64,000 nucleotides of DNA from an uncultured delta proteobacterium. GTDB lineage: Bacteria; Myxococcota_A; Polyangia; Polyangiales; Polyangiaceae. The notes beneath the pieces were generated by a model. That model was not told where the DNA came from, did not search any database, and was given only the letters and a program-made list of their open reading frames with translations. Below are positions 27,170 through 37,168 of the stretch, piece by piece (the first letter of the stretch is position 1; every line of letters starts with the position of its first letter). Location of the stretch: the NCBI GenBank assembly GCA_963841435.1, contig CAWJCS010000006.1, forward strand, positions 1,088,001 to 1,152,000, read 5' to 3'. The position numbers were made by a program, and so were the translations under genes.

Positions 27170-28054
27170 TCAGCCCTGCGTGGCGAGAAAGTCGCGCAGC
27201 GCCTCTTTCACCGACGCTCGAACCGCGGGTGGTACCTCGTCCGCCGAGCCCGCGGTGCGGCAGAGCGCGAGCGTTTGGCGAAGCGAGTCGCACGCGCCTC
27301 GGCAGCGCGCGCAGACCGCCAGGTGCCGCTCCATCTCTCTGCACACGTCCGGGCTGACCTCGTCTTCGAGGTGGCCCGAGAGCATGGAGAGCACGTCCGG
27401 GCAGACTCCCGGCGCGGCCGGCTCGGGGATGGCGCCGATGAGCGGCGCCATCCGGGCCCGCACGGTGAGGCGCGCCCGGTGCAGTCGGCTCTTGACGGCC
27501 TGCACGCTGACGCCGAGCACGGCGGCGACCTCCGGCGCGGTGAGACCCTCGGCGTCCCGCAACAGGAGCACCTCCCGGTACATCGGCTCGAGCGCGTCGA
27601 TCGCCTGAAAAAGGGCCTCTTCGAGGCGCCGACCGGCGAGCGCTTCGTCGGGGGCGCGCGCGGGGTCGGGCTGGGCGAGCGCTTCCTTGGCTAGGTCACC
27701 GTCGAGAGACGGCTGGCTCGCGGGGGCAAACTTGCTCTTCCGGCGCTTCTTGACGCAGTAGCTCCGCGCCACGGAGTAGAGCCACGTGGAAAGCGACGAG
27801 GCCCCCCGAAACTCGCGCACGCCGCGCGCGAGCGCAACGAGCGTCTCCTGGAGCACGTCCTTCGCGTCCTCGGGATCGCGGCACATCTTCATGCCGAATC
27901 GGTAGACCTGCGCCTGGTGCTGCTCGATGAGCGCCTCGAGCGCGTGCCGGTCGCCCGCGCGCGCCATCGCGAGCAGCGAGTCGCTCTCGGGAGGGGTCGT
28001 CGTCAACTCGGCCAAGGTCCGTAGCTTTTGCCATGCGGCCGAGCGCCAGGCCAC
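27170..28054 (-). CDS. ECF sigma factor with C-terminal zinc-finger (anti-sigma-like) extension
   Basis: DAKDVLQE, FRGASSLSTWLY, VKSRLHRAR; HLAVCARC; start uncertain. Confidence 0.88.
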   Translation of the reverse strand: MAWRSAAWQKLRTLAELTTTPPESDSLLAMARAGDRHALEALIEQHQAQVYRFGMKMCRDPEDAKDVLQETLVALARGVREFRGASSLSTWLYSVARSYCVKKRRKSKFAPASQPSLDGDLAKEALAQPDPARAPDEALAGRRLEEALFQAIDALEPMYREVLLLRDAEGLTAPEVAAVLGVSVQAVKSRLHRARLTVRARMAPLIGAIPEPAAPGVCPDVLSMLSGHLEDEVSPDVCREMERHLAVCARCRGACDSLRQTLALCRTAGSADEVPPAVRASVKEALRDFLATQG

Positions 28055-28147
28055 GGGTGGGGGGCGTCGGCAGGGCGCCCGGAGGACCCGGAACGGGGCG
28101 CGAACCCTTTCGGCCCCCCGGGGCTCTCACCGGGCAAGGAGCCACCG

Positions 28148-28831
28148 ATGCTGTTTCGACAACTGTTCGAGCGTGAAACCAGCACCTACACGTATCTGCT
28201 CGCGTCGGGGCCCGGGCGCCAGGCGCTCCTCATCGATCCGGTCAAGAGCGAGGTCGAAAAGTACCTGAAGCTCCTCGACGAGCTCGACCTCCGGCTCGTG
28301 CTCGCCATCGACACGCACGTGCACGCCGACCACGTCACCGGCCTGGGGGACCTCCGCCGCGCCACGGGCTGCGCGACGATGATGGGTTTGGAGAGCAAGG
28401 CGGGCTGCGTCTCGCGTCGCGTGCGCGACGGTGAGCTCATCGAGGTGGACGGACTCGAGCTCCGGGCGCTCCACACGCCGGGCCACACCGACGACTCGTA
28501 CAGTTTCGTGATGAAAGACCGCGTCTTCACCGGCGACACCTTGCTCATCCGCGGCACGGGTCGCACCGACTTCCAGAACGGCGACGCCATGGCACAGTAC
28601 GCGAGCCTGTTCGACAAGCTACTCTGCCTACCCGACGAAACCCTCGTCTACCCGGGCCACGACTACCGCGGCTTCACCGTGAGCACGATCGGCGAAGAAA
28701 AGGCGCACAACCCCAGGCTTACCGTCAACGGCGCTCGAGAGTACGCGAGCTTGATGGGGGGCCTCGGGCTGCCGGCGCCGAAGCAGATGGCCGTGGCGGT
28801 GCCGGCCAATCTCGCGTGCGGAGCGAGCTGA
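28148..28831 (+). CDS. MBL-fold persulfide dioxygenase (ETHE1-like)
   Basis: FRQLFE..TSTYTYL, THVHADHVTG, GTGRTDFQNG, YPGHDY. Confidence 0.88.
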   Translation: MLFRQLFERETSTYTYLLASGPGRQALLIDPVKSEVEKYLKLLDELDLRLVLAIDTHVHADHVTGLGDLRRATGCATMMGLESKAGCVSRRVRDGELIEVDGLELRALHTPGHTDDSYSFVMKDRVFTGDTLLIRGTGRTDFQNGDAMAQYASLFDKLLCLPDETLVYPGHDYRGFTVSTIGEEKAHNPRLTVNGAREYASLMGGLGLPAPKQMAVAVPANLACGAS

Positions 28832-28835
28832 GACC

Positions 28836-29609
28836 ATGGCCGAGTCGCTGCCCATCGTGCTGAGTGTCGCGATTGGTTTCGTGCTCGGCGTGTTCGGCGG
28901 CGGCGGCTCGATGCTCACCATCCCGATGCTCGTGCTCGTGGCGGGTGTCCGGCCGGCGTCGGCCGTGGGTATGTCGCTTGCCATCGTCGGCGCGACCAGC
29001 CTGAGCGCGAGCCTCGCGCACCATCGTCGCGGTCAGGTGCGCTGGCGCGTCGCGGCGCTTTTCGGCGGGGCGGGCATGGTGACGGCCCTTCTCGCGGCCC
29101 GGCTGAGCTACCTCGTGTCGGGTCGGACGCTCATGCTGGCCTTCGCGGCGCTCGTGCTCGCCGCGGGGGGATACATGCTCTCGGGTCGCAAGTCCGTTTC
29201 GGAGTCGGCGAGCGCGGCGCCGCGCCCGCCACGCATGGGCTACGCCATGCTCGCCGGCGGCGCGGTCGGCGCCATCACGGGGTTTCTCGGCGTGAGCGGA
29301 GGGTTCCTCATCGTTCCCGCGCTCGTCGGGCTCGCCGGGCTAAGAATGCGCGAGGCCGTCGGCACGTCGTTGCTCGTCATCGCGATCGATTGCGGCGCGG
29401 GGTTCGTGGGCCACTTCCACGGCGGTGCGCTCGATTTGCGACTCACCGTCGCACTCACGGTGGCCGCTGTCGTGGGTGCGCTCCTCGGTGAGCGTGTCGC
29501 GCGTTCGCTTTCGATGCACCGGCTGCGGCGGAGCTTCGGCCTGCTCGTCGTCGGCGTCGGAGTGCTCGTGGCGCTCATGACGGTTCTCGGCAGCGGGCCG
29601 CTCGGGTGA
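28836..29609 (+). CDS. Sulfite exporter TauE/SafE family
   Basis: GVFGGGGSMLTIP, GFLGVSGGFLIVP, AVGTSL. Confidence 0.9.
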   Translation: MAESLPIVLSVAIGFVLGVFGGGGSMLTIPMLVLVAGVRPASAVGMSLAIVGATSLSASLAHHRRGQVRWRVAALFGGAGMVTALLAARLSYLVSGRTLMLAFAALVLAAGGYMLSGRKSVSESASAAPRPPRMGYAMLAGGAVGAITGFLGVSGGFLIVPALVGLAGLRMREAVGTSLLVIAIDCGAGFVGHFHGGALDLRLTVALTVAAVVGALLGERVARSLSMHRLRRSFGLLVVGVGVLVALMTVLGSGPLG

Positions 29610-29620
29610 GGCCGGAGAGG

Positions 29621-30244
29621 CTAGGGCGCGGGTCGAGCGGCTGGATTGAGGGAGTAGGTGACGGTCAGGCTCGCTTCGCCGAGGATTTTCCCCCGCATGG
29701 CGGTGAGCACCTCGGGGCCCCGCGGGCGCTCGAGGCCGAGCGTCGGGACGGAGAGCGCGTACACCGAAAAGACGTAGCGGTGCGTGCGCTCGTCGTTGAA
29801 GGGCGGCCAGGGGCCGTCGTATCCGCCGTAGTCGCCGCCCATGTCGGGGTCGTCGCCGAACCACTCCTTGTAGCTGTTGATGCCGCGCACGCCGTAGGCG
29901 GTTTTGCCCGGAGGCTTGCCGCGCGGCGTGAGCCCGTCCGAGTCACTGCCCTCGGCGAGGGAGGTCGTCTGGGCGGGAACGTCGATGAGGATCCAGTGGA
30001 AGAAGTCGCCGCGCGCCGCATCGTACCCAATCACGCGATCGGTGAGGTTGGCGTCGGTCTTCGGCGGCGCATCCACGTCGATGCACAGGATCGCGAACGA
30101 TCGCGTGCCCGCGGGAACGTCCGACCACGCGAGCGCGGGGCTCTTGTTCGGCCCCGGCACCGGACCGGACTCTCCGACGACGCCCATGGCATTTTGCGGA
30201 GGAACACGCTCGAACGCCCGCAGCGACCCGCTCTCTAACCGCAT
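29621..30244 (-). CDS. YbhB/YbcL (PEBP) family protein
   Basis: SPALAWSDVPAGTRSFA, FFHW, YDGPWPP, HRYVF. Confidence 0.9.
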   Translation of the reverse strand: MRLESGSLRAFERVPPQNAMGVVGESGPVPGPNKSPALAWSDVPAGTRSFAILCIDVDAPPKTDANLTDRVIGYDAARGDFFHWILIDVPAQTTSLAEGSDSDGLTPRGKPPGKTAYGVRGINSYKEWFGDDPDMGGDYGGYDGPWPPFNDERTHRYVFSVYALSVPTLGLERPRGPEVLTAMRGKILGEASLTVTYSLNPAARPAP

Positions 30245-30303
30245 GCCGCGAGGATCCCACCGCACCGCCCGTCGTGCAAGCGGCTCGCCCGGGGCATTCC
30301 GCT

Positions 30304-31059
30304 TCACCCGAACAGCGGCCACGCCGCGCCCGCGACGAGGCGTTCACGCACTGCGCGACACTTCGCTTCAACGTCTCGCCCGAGTGGTCTGCGGTGACCG
30401 GGGCAGAGCCAACTGAGCGGATGCTCCAGGCAGCGCAGCATCGAGCGGCGGGCAGCTTCGAGGTCCGGCGTCACGGGACGCGCCATGAAGCGCACGTCGT
30501 CGTCGACGACGGCAAGCGCGTCGCCTGCGAACAGAATGCGCTCCGGGGCAAAGTAGAAGCTCAGATGTCCCGGCGTGTGGCCGGGTGTTTCGAGCACCTC
30601 GAAGTCTCCCGCGACCATCTCGCCGTCCCGAACGAGCCGCTCGGCCGTCACGGCCCGCGGCGTGGCCTCGCCGAGCAACCCCTTGGCGAGCACGAGCGGC
30701 CCGAGCTCGGGGATCCATTCGGACAGCCTGCCCCGCGCTCCGCGTTTCGCCGTGGCGCGCGTGAGCATCGGCTCGTCGCCCGCGTGGTAGTAGACGCGCG
30801 CGCCGGAGCGCGCCTTCACGGCGGCGGCGCCGGCCGCGTGATCGTTGTGCCAGTGCGTGAGCAGGATCGCGCTCACGTCCTCGGGCGCGGCGCCGAAGGC
30901 CACGTCCAGGCCCTGCTCGATGTCGGCGCCATGCGAATCCATCCCGGCGTTGACGAGCACGATGCCCGCTTTGCGACGCACGAGATACGAGCACGTGAGG
31001 TACGATTGCCGGCGAACGCACCAGACGTTCGGCGTCACGGCGAACACCTCGACGCCCAT
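30304..31059 (-). CDS. MBL-fold metallohydrolase
   Basis: THWHNDH, TPGHTPGH, FAGD, PGH. Confidence 0.85.
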   Translation of the reverse strand: MGVEVFAVTPNVWCVRRQSYLTCSYLVRRKAGIVLVNAGMDSHGADIEQGLDVAFGAAPEDVSAILLTHWHNDHAAGAAAVKARSGARVYYHAGDEPMLTRATAKRGARGRLSEWIPELGPLVLAKGLLGEATPRAVTAERLVRDGEMVAGDFEVLETPGHTPGHLSFYFAPERILFAGDALAVVDDDVRFMARPVTPDLEAARRSMLRCLEHPLSWLCPGHRRPLGRDVEAKCRAVRERLVAGAAWPLFG

Positions 31060-31329
31060 CGCGCCGAGCGTAGCGCGCTTTCGCGACGCCGGTCGGCCGA
31101 GTTCTGCCTGGGCCTTGCGCTCGTGTCAGCGAGCGCCCCACCCACCGCCTCGAAGCTTTTGATCACGCGCTCGCTCGCCGCGCTCGCGAGCGGCGGCGAC
31201 CCCGGCCCCGACCCGGTCGCGAGCCCAGCGCCCAGTCGCCCGTCAACCTGAGCGGTGCCGTCCCGACGCTCGATCGCGGTCGCGCGCGTTCCGGTTCGTT
31301 CGGCGCCGAAGGCGAGCGCGGGCAGCCGA

Positions 31330-31989
31330 TCAGGTGCTGGCGTCGAGCGGCACGCCGTCGAAGAAATGCACCATCCCGGTTTCGATCTCGCACTCCGCGC
31401 CCACGACCACGACGCGACCCGACACGACGAGCTCCTCGAGCAGCTGGCTGCCGTGGCGCAGGTGGTCCGTCGAGGCGCGCACGTTGGCGCGGATTGCTTC
31501 GCGCAGGCGCGCGGCGTGGCGCCCTTCGTCGGTCTCGCCCGGCACGATCAGGCTCTCGATGTGGGGCGCGATGCGATCGGTGATCGAGCGGATGTTCTTG
31601 GACTCGGATCCGAGGCCCGTCTCCAGCGCCGCCACCGTCGCCCCGACGGCGCCGCAGCGCGTGTGTCCCATGACGACGACGAGCCGCGAGCCGAACTGGG
31701 CTGCAGCGAACTCGATCGAGCCGACGACGGAAGGCGCCACGATGTTGCCTGCGATGCGCACGACGAAGAGATCACCGAAACCCTCGTCGAACAGGATCTC
31801 GACGGGCGTGCGCGAATCGGAGCAACCGAGCACGATCGCGAACGGCCGCTGTCCCTGCGTCGCGAGCTCGGGCCGGAAGGTTTCACCGAGCGAGCGGCCT
31901 TTGGCCTGCTGAAAACGCCGGTTGCCCTCGATGAGCCGGGCGAGAGACGCTTCCGGCGAGAGCGCAGTAGGGTCGTCGGTCTTCGGCAT
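31330..31989 (-). CDS. Beta-class carbonic anhydrase
   Basis: GCSDSR, GDLFVVRIAGN, GHTRCGA. Confidence 0.93.
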   Translation of the reverse strand: MPKTDDPTALSPEASLARLIEGNRRFQQAKGRSLGETFRPELATQGQRPFAIVLGCSDSRTPVEILFDEGFGDLFVVRIAGNIVAPSVVGSIEFAAAQFGSRLVVVMGHTRCGAVGATVAALETGLGSESKNIRSITDRIAPHIESLIVPGETDEGRHAARLREAIRANVRASTDHLRHGSQLLEELVVSGRVVVVGAECEIETGMVHFFDGVPLDAST

Positions 31990-32150
31990 GCCGAGCCCTT
32001 ACCACGGGTCGCGGCGCCCTCGGGTTTCGCGCGACAGCAAAGGCCGCTCGGCTAGTTCCGCCGCTACCACTCGGCTCGGGACGCCCCCGCAGGCCCTCGA
32101 GGTCCGAAAACCGCGAGCGCTCGGTCGTTGGCGCCCGTATCCTCCGCGAC

Positions 32151-33647
32151 ATGGCTCGGCTCGATGAAAGGGCGTGCTACCGGGCGCTCGCGACGCGCGA
32201 CGTACGCTTCGACGGTCGCTTCTTCGTCGGTATCACGACGACGGGCATCTACTGTCGTCCCGTGTGCCCGGCCCGCACGGCGCGCGAGAAGCATTGTCGC
32301 TTCTTTAGGTCGGCGGCCGCGGCCCATGAGGCCGGCTTTCGCCCGTGTTTGCGCTGCCGGCCGGAGACGGCGCCCGAGCACGGCGCCTGGCGCGGCACGG
32401 CGAACACGGTGTCGCGTGGGCTCGAGCTCATCCGCCGCGGCGAGCTCGACGGCGAAGGAGCGAGCGTCGAGCTTTTCGCCGAACGGCTCGGCGTCGGCGC
32501 CCGGCAGCTTCGCCGCTTGTTCGGCGAGCATCTCGGCGCCTCGCCGCTCGCCGTGGCGCAGACCCGTCGCGTTCTGTTTGCGAAGCAGCTCCTGCACGAG
32601 ACCGAGCTTTCGATGAGTGAGGTGGCATTCGCCGCGGGGTTTTCCAGCGTTCGCCGCTACAACGAGACGTTCCGAGCGCTGTTCGGCCGCCCGCCGAGCG
32701 CCCTGCGCCGCCCGAGCCAGGCAGCGGGGCTCGATGGCGCGAAGGCAGCCGTCCGTGTGCGCCTTCGCTATCGCCCGCCGTACGACTGGGACGGGCTGCT
32801 CGCGCACTTCGCCGTGCGCGCGCTTCCGGGTGTCGAGCGCGTTACAGGGTCGAGCTACGCGCGCACGGTCGAGCAGGGCCACGAGATCGGCACGGTCGAA
32901 ATCCGGCACCTCTCCGAGAGCCAGAGTCTCGAGGTGGCGATCGTGCTGCCGTCGGTGGGAGGGCTCTCGGCCGTCGTCGAGCGCGTGCGCCGCTCGTTCG
33001 ACCTCGCCGCGGACTCGGCGGCGATCGTCCTTCACCTCGCGAAGGACCCGCTGCTCGCCCCGCACCTCGGCGAGCGGCGCGGCCTGCGCGTGCCGGGCGG
33101 CTTCGACGGCTTCGAGGCAGCCGTGCGTGCCGTGCTCGGCCAACAGGTCTCGCTCGAGGCGGGGCGGCGCCTCGGTGAAGCGCTCGTACGGCTCGCGGGC
33201 ACGCCCGTGCTCTTCGGGCCCGGCCTCACCCGGATCTTCCCCGGCCCTGGGGCGTTGCTCGCCGCCGATCTCGACAAGCTCGGAATGCCCGCGGCGCGCC
33301 GCTCGGCGCTGCGTGCTCTTTCGCGCGCCGCACTCGACGAGCCACGCCTGTTCGACCCCTACGGCACGCCCGAGGCGACGGTCGCGCGGCTGATGGGGCT
33401 CGAGGGCTTCGGTGAGTGGACGGCGCACTACGTGGCGCTGCGCGCGGCGCGCGAGCCCGACGCGTTCCCCGCGGGCGACCGCGCCCTGGTTCGCGCGTTC
33501 GCCGCGCTTTCGGGCCGCGCGCTGCGACCCGCGGAGCTCGTCCGGCGCGCTGAGCGCTGGCGCCCGTTCCGCGGCTATGCCGCAGAGCTACTCTGGGCGC
33601 TCGACGCGCAGGCCCCGGGAACGAACAAGGTGGTGGCCCGTGAATGA
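32151..33647 (+). CDS. alkA: Ada-AlkA fusion (Ada Zn/AraC domains plus 3-methyladenine glycosylase II)
   Basis: IYCRPVC, FRPCLRC, AVLGQQVS, GFGEWTA, FPAGD. Confidence 0.9.
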   Translation: MARLDERACYRALATRDVRFDGRFFVGITTTGIYCRPVCPARTAREKHCRFFRSAAAAHEAGFRPCLRCRPETAPEHGAWRGTANTVSRGLELIRRGELDGEGASVELFAERLGVGARQLRRLFGEHLGASPLAVAQTRRVLFAKQLLHETELSMSEVAFAAGFSSVRRYNETFRALFGRPPSALRRPSQAAGLDGAKAAVRVRLRYRPPYDWDGLLAHFAVRALPGVERVTGSSYARTVEQGHEIGTVEIRHLSESQSLEVAIVLPSVGGLSAVVERVRRSFDLAADSAAIVLHLAKDPLLAPHLGERRGLRVPGGFDGFEAAVRAVLGQQVSLEAGRRLGEALVRLAGTPVLFGPGLTRIFPGPGALLAADLDKLGMPAARRSALRALSRAALDEPRLFDPYGTPEATVARLMGLEGFGEWTAHYVALRAAREPDAFPAGDRALVRAFAALSGRALRPAELVRRAERWRPFRGYAAELLWALDAQAPGTNKVVARE

Positions 33648-34164
33648 GCGGATGGAGCTGTTCGCCGACGAGCTCGAGACGCCGATCGGCACGCTGTCGA
33701 TTGGCGCCGATCGCGATGGACGCCTCCGCCTGGTCGGCTTCGTCGGCGGCCACGCGCGCATGGAGCGCGAGCTCGAGGCGCAGGCGGCGGGTCATGGCGG
33801 AAGGGTGCGCCGTGTGCGCGATCCTGCGGGTTTCACGCGCGCGCTCCGCGCGTACTTCGGAGGCGAGCTCGAGGCCATCGACGGCCTTGCCGTCGCCTTC
33901 GCCGGAACCGATTTCCAGAACAGCGTCTGGTCGGCGCTGCGAGCGATTCCGTGCGGCGAAACCCTCTCGTACGGCGAGCTCGCCCGTCGCATCGGGCGGC
34001 CGAAGGCGGTGCGCGCCGTGGGGCTCGCCAACGGGCGAAACCCGATCGGTATCGTCGTCCCCTGCCACCGCGTCATTGGAGCGGACGGCACGCTGACCGG
34101 CTATGGTGGGGGCATCGAGCGAAAGCGCTGGCTGCTCGAGCACGAACGGCGTCGCGAACGCTGA
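33640..34164 (+). CDS. ogt: Methylated-DNA-protein-cysteine methyltransferase
   Basis: GTDFQ..VW, RAVGLANGRNP, VPCHRV. Confidence 0.93.
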   Translation: MNERMELFADELETPIGTLSIGADRDGRLRLVGFVGGHARMERELEAQAAGHGGRVRRVRDPAGFTRALRAYFGGELEAIDGLAVAFAGTDFQNSVWSALRAIPCGETLSYGELARRIGRPKAVRAVGLANGRNPIGIVVPCHRVIGADGTLTGYGGGIERKRWLLEHERRRER

Positions 34165-34201
34165 CGGGCGAATCCGATCAGGTCGCACGAAGCTGCGGGA
34201 G

Positions 34202-35158
34202 CTAGCTCTTCGCCGTTCTGGTCTTCTGGCGGGGACGTCGCTTGGTCCTCGGGTAGGCGTCGCGCATCACCTTCGCGAGCGTCGTGAGGCTCTCCGTGAA
34301 AGGAGAGCGGCGACGAAAGATGAGCGCGATCGTACGTTCCGGGGCCGGGGCCTCGAAGGGCCGGAGCGCCACCTGGGCTCGGGCCGCCTCCGTCTCCACG
34401 GCAAGCCCCGGCAACAGGGTGACTCCGGCGCCGCCGGCTACCATCTGCACGAGCGTGGGCAGGCTGGTGGCTCGAAATTCGAGCTCGTGAGCGCGCGTGC
34501 GCGAGCAATACTCGAGCGCCTGCTCCCTGAGGCAATGCCCCTCGTCGAGTAGCAGGACGTCGGCTCCCGCGAGCTCGCGTCGCGAAACACCGCCCGCGCC
34601 GTGGGCGAGCGGGTGGTCCACCGGCGTCGCGAGCACGAATTGGTCCTTCGCGATCACGACCTGTTCCACGGGGCCGAGCTCCGCTTCGAGCGCGACCACG
34701 GCGCCGTCGAGTCGCCCGTCGGCGAGCGCCTGCACGAGCACGGCCGTCTTTTCTTCCATCCAGGACAAAGTGAGCTTCGGGAAACGCTGGTGCAGCACGG
34801 GCGTGACCTTGGGCAAGAGGTAGGGGGACACGGTGGGGATCACGCCGAGCGTGAGCTTTCCCACGAACGGGTCACCCCCGCGCAGCGCGAGCTCGACGAG
34901 GTCGTCCGCTCCGAGCACGACGCGCCGTGCCTGCTCGAGCAGGGGCTTGCCGGCGGCGGTCACGAGCACGCGCCGCCGGTCCCGCTCGAAGAGCCGTACA
35001 CCCAGGCTTTCTTCGAGCTCGGCGAGCTGTGCGCTCAGCGACGGCTGGGACACGTGGCAGCGCGCGGCCGCGCGGTGGAAGGAGAGCTCGTCGGCGACGG
35101 CGAGCGCATACTGGAGCTGGCGCAGCGTGAAGGGGTGGGGAGCGCCGGTGATAGCCAT
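34202..35158 (-). CDS. oxyR: LysR regulator, OxyR-like
   Basis: LysR HTH; LLLDEGHCLREQALEYC (both Cys), ATSLPTL; divergent from dps. Confidence 0.85.
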   Translation of the reverse strand: MAITGAPHPFTLRQLQYALAVADELSFHRAAARCHVSQPSLSAQLAELEESLGVRLFERDRRRVLVTAAGKPLLEQARRVVLGADDLVELALRGGDPFVGKLTLGVIPTVSPYLLPKVTPVLHQRFPKLTLSWMEEKTAVLVQALADGRLDGAVVALEAELGPVEQVVIAKDQFVLATPVDHPLAHGAGGVSRRELAGADVLLLDEGHCLREQALEYCSRTRAHELEFRATSLPTLVQMVAGGAGVTLLPGLAVETEAARAQVALRPFEAPAPERTIALIFRRRSPFTESLTTLAKVMRDAYPRTKRRPRQKTRTAKS

Positions 35159-35165
35159 TGCCTAT
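35151..35165. promoter_or_regulatory. OxyR-type binding site
   Basis: ATAG-N7-CTAT overlapping the oxyR start. Confidence 0.6.
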
Positions 35166-35257
35166 CATGATCATCCAAACGTGGTCTTGGAGCAATTCGG
35201 TCGATCGCGTCACGATCCCGTGACGCGTGCCGGTGGCGCGCTAAGATCGGAGCAGCC

Positions 35258-35734
35258 ATGTTCAAGAGTCCAAGCCAACTACCAGAATCCGCTCGCGCCA
35301 CGCTCAGCGAAACGCTGAACGCCCGCCTCACCGATGGTCTCGACCTGCACAGCCAGATCAAGGTCGCGCACTGGAACATCAAGGGGCCCGGTTTCGCGGC
35401 GCTGCACCCGTTGTTCGAGACGTTCGCCGTTGGCCTTGCCGCATTCAACGACGAGATTGCCGAGCGCGCCGTCACCCTCGGCGGCCGCGCCGGCGGCACG
35501 GTGCGCCAGGTGGCGAAAAACTCGCGCATCCCGGAGTATCCAGCCGATGCTTCCCGCGACGTTGACCACGTGCGCCATCTCGCAGATCGCTTCGAGGCGT
35601 TTCTGGCGGGCGTGCGCGAGTCGCGTGGCGTTGCCGAGAAGCTCGGGGACACCGACACCGTCGACCTTTTCACGCGCGTCGTGTCCGACTTCGAGAAGCA
35701 CAGCTGGTTCTTGCGCGCGTCGCTCGAGGGCTGA
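35258..35734 (+). CDS. dps: Dps ferritin-like DNA protection protein
   Basis: AHWNIKGPGFAALHPLFE, DEIAER. Confidence 0.93.
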   Translation: MFKSPSQLPESARATLSETLNARLTDGLDLHSQIKVAHWNIKGPGFAALHPLFETFAVGLAAFNDEIAERAVTLGGRAGGTVRQVAKNSRIPEYPADASRDVDHVRHLADRFEAFLAGVRESRGVAEKLGDTDTVDLFTRVVSDFEKHSWFLRASLEG

Positions 35735-35769
35735 GCGCGCGCTCGAGCGTGCTCCCGGCGAGGCGGGGC

Positions 35770-37128
35770 TCAGGCGTGACTTTCGGCGCCGTGGGCGCCC
35801 GCCGTGTCGTGGGCGTGCGCGGACATGCGCAAGAGGCCGAGGCCGAGGAGCGCCGAGCCGAGCGAGGCCGAGAGCACGCCGAGCTTCGAGGCATCCTCGA
35901 GCCCCCGCGCGCTCGAGAACGCGAGGCTGCCGACCAAGAGGGACATCGTGAACCCGATGCCCGCGAGGCAGCCGACTGCGATGATCTGCAGCGAGGTCGC
36001 GCCGGTCGGCCGAGCCGCGACACCGAGCGCGATCGCGAGGAGGGTGGCGCCGGCAACGCCGATCGGCTTGCCCACGGCGAGGCCTGCGAGAGCGCCCAAG
36101 GTCACGGGCGACGCGAAGCGCGAGAGGTCATCCACCGAAACCCCGGCGTTCGCCAGAGCGAACAGCGGCACGACACCGTAGGCCACGAGGCCGTGTAGCG
36201 CGTGCATCGCTCGATCGAGCGGTGACTGGACCGATTCGAGGTGGCGCTCGATCGCGGCGATCGTGCCCTCGGGTATCATGCCTCGGGCCACGCAATCGGC
36301 GCGCAGCGACGCGATGGCGCCTTCGAGGTCGTCCAGCACGTTCCGCGGAGCGCGCTTCGAATCGGCCGGGATCGCCAGCCCCACGGCGACGCCGGCGAGC
36401 GTCGCGTGGATGCCCGACTCGAGCAGCGCCGCCCACAGGCAGACCCCCACGGCGACGTACGGCCAGAGCTTTTGCACCTTCGCGCGCCCGAGCAGCACGA
36501 GGCCCACGCAGAGCACGGCGGCGAGCCCCAGGAACCGCGGATCGACGCCACCCCCGTAAAACAGTGCGATGACGAGAATGGCGCCCAGGTCGTCGAAGAT
36601 GGCGAGCGCCGTCAGGAACACGAACAGCGAGGCCGGCACGCGGGATTTGACGAGCGAGAGGCAGCCGAGCGCGAACGCGATGTCCGTCGCCATCGGCACG
36701 GCCCAGCCGGAGTGCCCTGCGCCGCGCGGGTTCATCGCGAGGTAGATGCCGGCGGGGACGAGCATGCCGCCGAGCGCTGCGATGAGAGGCAGGAGCGCTT
36801 GACGAAATGTCTGGAGCTCACCGTGCGTGAGCTCCCGCTTGACCTCGAGGCCGACCACCGCGAAAAACAGCGTCATGAGGCCGTCGTTCGTGAAATGGTG
36901 CACGGTCCAATCGATGCCACGGCCACCGAGCTTCATCTCGACCTGGCTGTGGAAGATGGCTTCGTAGACGAACGCGAAGCGCGAGTTCGCCCAGGCAATG
37001 GCGAGCACCGCCATGCCGATCAAAACGAGGCCGCCCGCAGCTTCCAGCCGGAAGAACGCCTGAAATGGCGCAACGATCGAGAACAAGATCGGCTTGTCGC
37101 GCTTCACGTCGGGCCTCCCGTCGCTCAT
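35770..37128 (-). CDS. nhaA: Na+/H+ antiporter NhaA
   Basis: NDGLM, GWAVPMATDIAFALG, LAIFDDLG, GIGFTMSL. Confidence 0.95.
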   Translation of the reverse strand: MSDGRPDVKRDKPILFSIVAPFQAFFRLEAAGGLVLIGMAVLAIAWANSRFAFVYEAIFHSQVEMKLGGRGIDWTVHHFTNDGLMTLFFAVVGLEVKRELTHGELQTFRQALLPLIAALGGMLVPAGIYLAMNPRGAGHSGWAVPMATDIAFALGCLSLVKSRVPASLFVFLTALAIFDDLGAILVIALFYGGGVDPRFLGLAAVLCVGLVLLGRAKVQKLWPYVAVGVCLWAALLESGIHATLAGVAVGLAIPADSKRAPRNVLDDLEGAIASLRADCVARGMIPEGTIAAIERHLESVQSPLDRAMHALHGLVAYGVVPLFALANAGVSVDDLSRFASPVTLGALAGLAVGKPIGVAGATLLAIALGVAARPTGATSLQIIAVGCLAGIGFTMSLLVGSLAFSSARGLEDASKLGVLSASLGSALLGLGLLRMSAHAHDTAGAHGAESHA

Positions 37129-37168
37129 CACACGAGCGATCCGATCCTGCAAGCAAAACCGGGCCGCT

